Positions 58,010 to 64,000 of a stretch of 64,000 nt of DNA are shown here, in pieces. How positions within the stretch are numbered: position 1 is the first letter of the stretch; every line of letters starts with the position of its first letter. Origin of the DNA: Rhodospirillaceae bacterium (GTDB lineage Bacteria; Pseudomonadota; Alphaproteobacteria; Rhodospirillales; Rhodospirillaceae); assembly GCA_965229355.1 (NCBI GenBank), contig OZ245869.1:2078318-2142317 (forward strand), written 5' to 3'. The translations under genes and the position numbers were made by a program. The notes beneath the pieces are model-generated. The model was not told the origin of the DNA. It did not search any database and worked only from the letters and a program-made list of their open reading frames with translations.

Positions 58010-59098
58010 ATGATGATCGATATACGCGGTAAACATCAGTACACACTCATCGCGGCTGCGGTTGGCGTGATCTTCATGGGTTGGATCGTGTGGAGTTCCA
58101 CGCGGCCCCAAGAGGTGACGGTGCTTCAGCCTGTCACAAATTTGCCCGTGACCATTGTCGCCATTGGCAATGTCGATGCGGAACGTGTGGCGCAAACAGG
58201 ATTTGAAGTGCCAGGGCGTCTTGCCGATGTTCTGGTGCGCGTGGGCGATCAGGTGAAAGCTGGCCAGGTGCTGGCCACGCTGGATCAAGCGCAGCAGGAA
58301 TTGGTTGTTTCAGCTGCTGAAGAAGCTGCCGCCGCTGCAGAGGCAACATCGACCTTGAAGCAGCAGTTGGTGGGCCGTGCGCGCGGTATGGACGAGCGCG
58401 GAACAGGGTCAAAGGCCGCTGTGGCAGATGCAAATGCCGAAGCCGCAATTGCGCGCGCCACTGCTCGCAAGGCCCAAGCCACGCTGAACTTGGAACGCAC
58501 GCGCTTGGAACGCCAAAGCCTCACTGCGCCATTCGATGGTGTCGTGACGGCAGTTACACAAGCCAAAGGCTCAGTCATTCAAGCTGGTGCGCCGTTAGTG
58601 ACCGTGGCGGAGTTGGCGAGCTATCGCATTCTGGCGAATGTCGATGAAGCACGTGCCGGTATGATTACGCACGGACAGCTTGCAAAAATAACACTCCGCT
58701 CACGTCCGCAAGAGCCGCTTCAAGGCAAGGTGGAGCGCATCGCGCCACAAAGTGACAAGGTTGCCGAAGAACGGCAGATCGCGGTGGTTCTGGATGGCGC
58801 CAGCACTGGACTTTATCTGGCCGAACAAGCCGAGGTTGAAGTGACGGTCGGCAACATTGCGCGCGGTGTAGCGTTGCCCGAACGCGTGATTCGCGAACGC
58901 CGCGCCAGCGAAGGTCGCGTCTGGGCTGTGAAAGGTGATGTGCTGGTTGATCTGCCTGTGCGTCTGGGCCGTCGCCTGATTGATGGCCGGGTGGAGCTTA
59001 TATCCGCCCTGCCTGAGGATACAAAAATTATCGCCACGCGCTTAGATGAGGCGAAAGCGGGAGAGACTGTCAGCATCGTGGATGAGCCCAAGCCATGA
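58010..59098 (+). CDS. HlyD-family periplasmic adaptor (DevB-like)
   Basis: It has an N-terminal TM helix, a lipoyl-like segment (VKAGQVLATLD), a coiled coil and a beta-barrel. Confidence 0.8.
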   Translation: MMIDIRGKHQYTLIAAAVGVIFMGWIVWSSTRPQEVTVLQPVTNLPVTIVAIGNVDAERVAQTGFEVPGRLADVLVRVGDQVKAGQVLATLDQAQQELVVSAAEEAAAAAEATSTLKQQLVGRARGMDERGTGSKAAVADANAEAAIARATARKAQATLNLERTRLERQSLTAPFDGVVTAVTQAKGSVIQAGAPLVTVAELASYRILANVDEARAGMITHGQLAKITLRSRPQEPLQGKVERIAPQSDKVAEERQIAVVLDGASTGLYLAEQAEVEVTVGNIARGVALPERVIRERRASEGRVWAVKGDVLVDLPVRLGRRLIDGRVELISALPEDTKIIATRLDEAKAGETVSIVDEPKP

Positions 59099-60225
59099 TG
59101 TTGGCGCTGTATGATCTGTGGCGCAAGCTGCCGCGGTTCTTAGCAACCACAACGGCTGTCGCGCTTCTGATCGGCATGGTGATGCTGCAAGCCACGATTT
59201 ATCGGGGCTTGGTCGCAGACTCATTATCCCTCGTACGAATGTTGAATGCCGACCTGTGGGTGGTGCAACCTAACAGATTTGGCCCCTTCACCGAAGTTTC
59301 GGGCGTTCCTGAATCCTTGAAGAATGATGTGCAGCTGATCCCCGGTGTGGAAAGTGCTGAACCCATTATCGTGACCACAGCCCTGGCCGACATTGGTGGC
59401 CCCATGAGTGTGACGGTGTTGGGATACGACATCAAAAGTATGCCGTTCCCTGCGACGTTGGTGGAAGGCCGCACGTTGTCGCGGCCGCGATCTGAAGTGG
59501 TGGTGGATCGCACCATCGGGTTAAAGATTGGCGAGACGGTCGATTTACGCGGGCGTAAATTCACGATTGTCGGTTTAGCTGCGCGCGCGGTGGGCATTGC
59601 GGGCGAGCCTATTGCATTTTTGTCGCTGGCGGATGCGCGTGATGTGGCGGCCAAAACCACCCCCGGTGAAATCAGGCGTGATCGCCTGCTTGGGGGCTCA
59701 GGTCTGTTAAGCCCCACGGTCAATGCAATTCGCATTCAGTTGACAGAGGCGGCTGACTTGGAAACGGTGCGCACCGACATACAAAAATGGAAAGATGTTG
59801 ATGTCATTTCACGCGGCGAGCAGCTGGATGACATTATGTACCAGCGCATTGTGCGGGTGCGCCAAACATTGCTGCTATTTGCGGTGATCCTGATGTTCGC
59901 GGCTTCAGCCATTATCGCGCTGACGATTTACAGCCTCACCGCTGATAAGGTGCGCGAGATCGCCACCCTCAAGCTGATTGGCGCTGCCGACCGGGTGATT
60001 GTCGGCATGATCATGTGGCAGGCCGCTCTCATCGGAATCGGGGGATGTACGCTTGGCACGGGCATTATGTTGCTCGAAAAAAGTGTTTTTCCGGGCTATG
60101 CCGAAGCGCACGTCATGGATTGCGTGATCATTTCAGCCATCTCCATGGTAGCCTGTTTCCTCGCCAGCATAATTGGCGTACGTGTTGCCTTGCGTGTGGC
60201 CCCCAATCAAGCTCTCTCAGGCTAA
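59095..60225 (+). CDS. FtsX-like ABC permease (DevC-like)
   Basis: 376 aa with an N-terminal TM helix, a large periplasmic loop and a C-terminal 3-TM FtsX module. It overlaps the upstream gene at ATGA. Confidence 0.8.
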   Translation: MMLALYDLWRKLPRFLATTTAVALLIGMVMLQATIYRGLVADSLSLVRMLNADLWVVQPNRFGPFTEVSGVPESLKNDVQLIPGVESAEPIIVTTALADIGGPMSVTVLGYDIKSMPFPATLVEGRTLSRPRSEVVVDRTIGLKIGETVDLRGRKFTIVGLAARAVGIAGEPIAFLSLADARDVAAKTTPGEIRRDRLLGGSGLLSPTVNAIRIQLTEAADLETVRTDIQKWKDVDVISRGEQLDDIMYQRIVRVRQTLLLFAVILMFAASAIIALTIYSLTADKVREIATLKLIGAADRVIVGMIMWQAALIGIGGCTLGTGIMLLEKSVFPGYAEAHVMDCVIISAISMVACFLASIIGVRVALRVAPNQALSG

Positions 60226-60245
60226 TTTTTCCGATCGATAGTCAT

Positions 60246-61511
60246 ATGCTGCTCACTCAATCACGCTTTCTGCCTCTGTTCATTGTCCAGTTCTTGGCTG
60301 CGTTTAACGACGCATTCTTCAAAACCGCTGTGGTGATGTTGATCGTCTACAAGCGTGTCGTGGCTGACGGTGAAGCAGCAGCGATTTTATCTGCGCTTGT
60401 TTGGGCGCTTTATATGTTCCCGTACTTTGCGTTTTCAGCACCTGCGGGCCAATTATCCGAACGTATGGATAAAGCAAAGCTGATCCGCGCTTTGAAAATT
60501 GTTGATTTGGTTTTGGCGGGCGCTGTGCTGGCCGGCTTTTTGATGGATGACCTGACCATTTTATTGGTGTCATTGGCAGCAAAGGGTGTGACCAGTACAT
60601 TCTTCGGCCCTATCAAGTACGCCATTTTGCCAGAACGTTTGCGCCCCGAAGAATTGATTGCCGGAAATGCGTTGGTTGAAGGCGGCACTTATCTGGCCAT
60701 TCTGCTGTCTACCATCATGGGTGGACTGTTGATTTTGCAAACCAACGGCCCAGTGCTGGTGGCTTGGACTTTCGTGGGCGTTGCCGTGGTAGGGGGGGTG
60801 ACGGCGTGGTTCATCGCACCGGCCAATCTTCCGCTGCCGAAAGTTCCCATCCGGTGGACAATTGCAGCGGAAACAGCCGCCATCATGCGCAGTGCCGCTA
60901 AAGACCCGATGGTCCTATGGGCGATCTTAGGCGTGTCATGGTTCTGGATGTTTGGCACCGTGATCATGTCGGAACTTCCCGCACTCACCAGCAAATCCAT
61001 GACAGCCTCGGGCGAAGTTGTGCCGATTTTGCTAACGATCTTCTCTGCGGGCACCGGTGTCGGCCTGGCGCTGTTCGCGAAGTTACTGAAGGGCAAAATC
61101 TCGACCATCTATGTGCCGATGACAGGCTTACTGATGTCACTGGCCAGTGTCGATGTGTGGGTGGCGTGCATGAGCATCGAGCCCACGGCATCGCCGCTTT
61201 CAACCGCCGAATTCTTCAGTGATCCCACACGGTTGCGTGTCGTCGCAGATTTATTTTTGATGGCCATGGCAGGCGGTGGTTTTACCGTGCCGCTGTCAGC
61301 TATGTTGCAAACACGCACGCCAGTAAATGAACGCTCCAGAATGATTGCAGCCAGTAACGCGATTAATTCGTTGATGACGGTGTGTGCGTTGGCTGGCGCT
61401 ATGGTGGCGCTGTCTTATGGTTTATCGCTGCCAGAGTTGTTCGTGACGATGGCTGTGCTGAATATGTTGGCTGCGATTCTGCTGAGTTACGTGCTCAATA
61501 AAGCGCGGTAA
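60246..61511 (+). CDS. MFS transporter, LplT (lysophospholipid transporter)-like
   Basis: FIVQFLAAFNDAFFK...FGPIKYAILPE parallels LplT. ATG 60246 avoids overlap with the permease gene. Confidence 0.7.
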   Translation: MLLTQSRFLPLFIVQFLAAFNDAFFKTAVVMLIVYKRVVADGEAAAILSALVWALYMFPYFAFSAPAGQLSERMDKAKLIRALKIVDLVLAGAVLAGFLMDDLTILLVSLAAKGVTSTFFGPIKYAILPERLRPEELIAGNALVEGGTYLAILLSTIMGGLLILQTNGPVLVAWTFVGVAVVGGVTAWFIAPANLPLPKVPIRWTIAAETAAIMRSAAKDPMVLWAILGVSWFWMFGTVIMSELPALTSKSMTASGEVVPILLTIFSAGTGVGLALFAKLLKGKISTIYVPMTGLLMSLASVDVWVACMSIEPTASPLSTAEFFSDPTRLRVVADLFLMAMAGGGFTVPLSAMLQTRTPVNERSRMIAASNAINSLMTVCALAGAMVALSYGLSLPELFVTMAVLNMLAAILLSYVLNKAR

Positions 61512-61589
61512 GCCTTTTTCTTGCGCGATTGGCGCACACAGAGTAGTTCTGACCGCGCTGTTTTTGATGTGTGAGGCAAAGGTTTATCA

Positions 61590-62381
61590 ATGAGTGGTGC
61601 GATTAAAACGTTGTCGCAAGACGAAGCAAGCCGTTACAACCGCCGCAACATCCTGCGCTCCGAGCGCATGTACGGCTACGGTTTCCAAAGCCCCGGCCAA
61701 TTGCCGTTGATGAAGACCTTTACCGGTCGCCTTGATATTAAGCCCGGCATGAACGTGCTGGATATCGGCAGTGGCTTAGGTGGCGCGGCGTTTTACTTTG
61801 CCGATCAGTTCAAATCAAAAGTGACAGGCATTGATATTGCACCCGCGATGGTCGAGATCAGCGCGGAACGTGCCGCCGAAAAGCCATCATCCGGCGTGAA
61901 GTTCTTGGAAGGCGATATCCGCACCATTGATTTGCCGCCCGCCAGCTTCGATCTGGTCTGGAGCCGCGATTGCATTCTGTACGTGCCTGAAAAAGATCTG
62001 GTGTGGAAAGCCATTCACCGCGTCACAGCACCGGGTGGCCAAGTATTCATCACCGATTTCTGCCGCCGACCTGATGCGGTCTCGCCGTTGTTCGAGGATT
62101 ACCTTGAGCAATGCCACTACCACCTGCAAGACGTTGATGCTTATGCAGCGGGTATGAAAGCCGCTGGTCTTGACGTGAATGTGGCCGAAGACATCACGCC
62201 GCTGTTCATTCAGCTAATGGAAAAAGAGCAGAGCGACCTGCGCGCGCGCCGCAACGAATTCCTGCAAGATTACACCGAAGAAGATTATGATTATCTGATC
62301 AATCGGTGGGACAGCAAATTGAAGTTCTGCCGTGAGGGTGACTTCCGCTGGGGCTTGTTTATCGCCCGTCGCCCTGGCTAG
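61590..62381 (+). CDS. SAM-dependent methyltransferase, phosphoethanolamine N-methyltransferase-like
   Basis: SAM motif VLDIGSGLGGAAFYFA and a PEAMT-like N-terminal region RSERMYGYGFQSPGQ. Confidence 0.65.
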   Translation: MSGAIKTLSQDEASRYNRRNILRSERMYGYGFQSPGQLPLMKTFTGRLDIKPGMNVLDIGSGLGGAAFYFADQFKSKVTGIDIAPAMVEISAERAAEKPSSGVKFLEGDIRTIDLPPASFDLVWSRDCILYVPEKDLVWKAIHRVTAPGGQVFITDFCRRPDAVSPLFEDYLEQCHYHLQDVDAYAAGMKAAGLDVNVAEDITPLFIQLMEKEQSDLRARRNEFLQDYTEEDYDYLINRWDSKLKFCREGDFRWGLFIARRPG

Positions 62382-62391
62382 GACGCCCCTC

Positions 62392-62841
62392 TTGTCTGAT
62401 AACGCACCAGTTTGGGTCTATGTTGATGTGGTCTTTGACCTTTTTCACAGCGGCCATGTCGAATTCCTGCGCCAATCGCGGGCGTTCGGCGACAAGCTGG
62501 TGGTAGGCTTGGTGAGTGACGACGATGTTGCCACCTACAAACCACGCCCGATTATGAGCATGGAAGAGCGTGCGGCTGTAGTGTCGGCCTGCCGCTATGT
62601 CGATAAGGTTGTCACCAACGCGCCGTTACATTGCACCGCGCCATTCTTAGATCAGATCGGCGCATCGTTCGTTTGTCATGGCGATGACTTCACGCCAGAG
62701 CAGCTTGAATACTGGTACGGCGATCTTAAAAAAACCGGTCGCTTGAAAGTCGTGCCTTATACGGCGGGCATTTCCTCGCGCGATATTATCGCGCGCATTG
62801 CGGCGCGGCTGCGCGACGGCAGTTTGCGGATTCAGCTTTAG
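62392..62841 (+). CDS. cytidylyltransferase (CCT/ECT-like HxGH family)
   Basis: YVDVVFDLFHSGHVEFL (HxGH) and ACRYVDKVV. The probable TTG start at 62392 lies just after the upstream stop. Confidence 0.65.
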   Translation: MSDNAPVWVYVDVVFDLFHSGHVEFLRQSRAFGDKLVVGLVSDDDVATYKPRPIMSMEERAAVVSACRYVDKVVTNAPLHCTAPFLDQIGASFVCHGDDFTPEQLEYWYGDLKKTGRLKVVPYTAGISSRDIIARIAARLRDGSLRIQL

Positions 62842-62852
62842 GCTTTTCGATT

Positions 62853-63935
62853 TCAAGCTGGGCAAACGGCGGCAATCGCCGCCAGCAGCCGGTCCATATC
62901 AGCATCGTGCAAATCGCCCATGGTCGAGATGCGGAACATCTCGCTACTCAAATTTCCTTGGCCTGCATAAATCACGAAGCCGGTTTCTTTCAGGCGGTCG
63001 TGCAGCGAGTCGTAGGTGACGCCTTTGGGTAAATGATACGCCGTCAGCACGCACGACGATGCATCGGCCGCTAAGAATGTGCTGATGCCAAGGCGTTGCA
63101 AACCGGCCATCACTTTGCCAGCCAGCGCGCGGTATTGCGCTTGGCGTTGGGCCTGGCCGCCAGCCTCTTCAAACTCACGCAACGCTTCTTGAAGCGCGTA
63201 AAGAGATTGGATCGCTGGCGTGAACGGCGGCTCTCCCTTGTCCCAACCTTGCGCGTATTTGTGCAGATCGAGATATAAGCTCGTCGCACCTGAGGCGCGC
63301 TCAAAGGCGGTGGTGCGTGTGACAACAAACGCAATGCCCGGCACACCGTGCAGGCATTTGTTAGCGGTGGCCGCACAGCCTTCGATGTTCCAGTTTGCAA
63401 AGTCGATATCTTCCGCACCAAAGCTGCTGACGGCATCAAGCAACAAATTCACATTATGCTTTTTACAAAGTGCTGCGACATCGGCGATGGGATTTAAACG
63501 GCCTGTGGTGGTTTCGTGATGAACGATGGCGGCATGGGTGAAGGCTTTGCCCGCACTTAAAGCGCGCTCGATTTCATTTAAATCCAGCGGTGTGGTCCAG
63601 GAGCCCTTCAACACCACGTGCTCTTTACCGTGGCGGGCCAGCATGTCGGCCATGCGCTCGCCGTACACACCGTTGGCAATCACAAGCACGCGGCCATTTT
63701 TTGGCACCAGGGAGCCAATCATGGCTTCAACCGCAGCTGTGCCAGAACCGGAGATGAGGATCGGGCGGTAGTGCGCCGCACTTGCCGGATACACATGCGC
63801 CAAACGCATCTGCACGTCGCGTTGTAAATCGCGGTAATCAGCCTCGCGGTGGCAGAGGTCTGGGTTCAGCAGCGCGCGACGTACGCGGTCTGATAATGTG
63901 ATAGGGCCGGGGTTCAGCAACAGCATACGGCTCAT
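62853..63935 (-). CDS. phnW: 2-aminoethylphosphonate:pyruvate aminotransferase
   Basis: LLLNPGPITLS, HHETTTGRLNPIADV, ATANKCLHGVPGIAFV and LKETGFVIYAG closely parallel PhnW. Confidence 0.85.
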   Translation of the reverse strand: MSRMLLLNPGPITLSDRVRRALLNPDLCHREADYRDLQRDVQMRLAHVYPASAAHYRPILISGSGTAAVEAMIGSLVPKNGRVLVIANGVYGERMADMLARHGKEHVVLKGSWTTPLDLNEIERALSAGKAFTHAAIVHHETTTGRLNPIADVAALCKKHNVNLLLDAVSSFGAEDIDFANWNIEGCAATANKCLHGVPGIAFVVTRTTAFERASGATSLYLDLHKYAQGWDKGEPPFTPAIQSLYALQEALREFEEAGGQAQRQAQYRALAGKVMAGLQRLGISTFLAADASSCVLTAYHLPKGVTYDSLHDRLKETGFVIYAGQGNLSSEMFRISTMGDLHDADMDRLLAAIAAVCPA

Positions 63936-64000
63936 GGCTTTGCCCCAATCCAACTTTCAAAGCGCCGGGCTGCGGCATCAGGTGTGATGCTCGGGCGGGG
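63932..64000 (-). CDS. 3' end of an upstream gene (partial; possibly phosphonopyruvate decarboxylase by synteny)
   Basis: The open frame reads ...PRPSITPDAAARRFESWIGAKP then stop. The stop overlaps the phnW ATG (ATGA). Too short to identify. Confidence 0.3.
   Translation of the reverse strand, partial: PRPSITPDAAARRFESWIGAKP

Noticed and set aside
60015-60245. ORF-track start at 60015 for the MFS transporter (498 aa).
   Set aside because: The first 77 codons overlap the FtsX permease gene in another frame and are Arg/His-rich. ATG 60246 gives the LplT-like N-terminus.

Overview
The window is proteobacterial (alphaproteobacterium-like) chromosomal DNA, and a single mobile element fills more than half of it. 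All protein calls below come from motifs I recognised by eye in the supplied translations. No database search was possible.

**Core left flank, 1-3723.** This holds cytochrome b561, a DUF488 protein, an alpha/beta hydrolase-like protein, TerC and TetR.

**Tn7-like transposon, 3724-39549 (about 35.8 kb).**
- The boundaries can be read directly from the sequence. There are imperfect terminal inverted repeats (TGTCGCC...GGCGTCA), arrays of about 22-bp repeats in both ends, and a perfect 5-bp direct duplication CCTGG at 3719-3723 and 39550-39554.
- It encodes tnsA-tnsB-tnsC-tniQ at 5661-11029.
- Its cargo includes two paralogous gene modules of unknown function that share a 17-bp operator-like motif.
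- A DEDDh exonuclease cassette is also present.
- There is a translationally coupled three-gene operon ending in a Toprim-domain protein.
- A HicB-like protein sits divergently from a clavaminate-synthase-like oxygenase.
- There is a complete ubiquitin-like conjugation operon of the Bil type: a tandem ubiquitin-like protein ending in Gly, then E2, JAB and E1. It sits next to a divergent XRE plus ImmA/IrrE (CapH/CapP-like) pair and a convergent 561-aa putative papain-like peptidase.
- A large divalent-metal resistance block follows, with MerR/CDF, czcCBA-like HME-RND, an SPC-type P1B ATPase, two secreted HutX/ChuX-like paralogs and a 34-aa Cys-rich secreted peptide.
- The last cargo module is hipBA.

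**Right flank, 39550-64000.**
- There is a FixLJ-FixK low-oxygen regulon with four consensus FixK/FNR boxes. It includes a hemerythrin-like protein, universal stress proteins, a HemG-like protein, TrxC, a B-family ba3-like oxidase, and a thymidine-phosphorylase-like plus Prs-like pair.
- A DevBCA-like ABC exporter with a NodT outer-membrane factor follows.
- The window ends in a phosphonate-related cluster: LplT-like MFS, PEAMT-like methyltransferase, cytidylyltransferase and PhnW.
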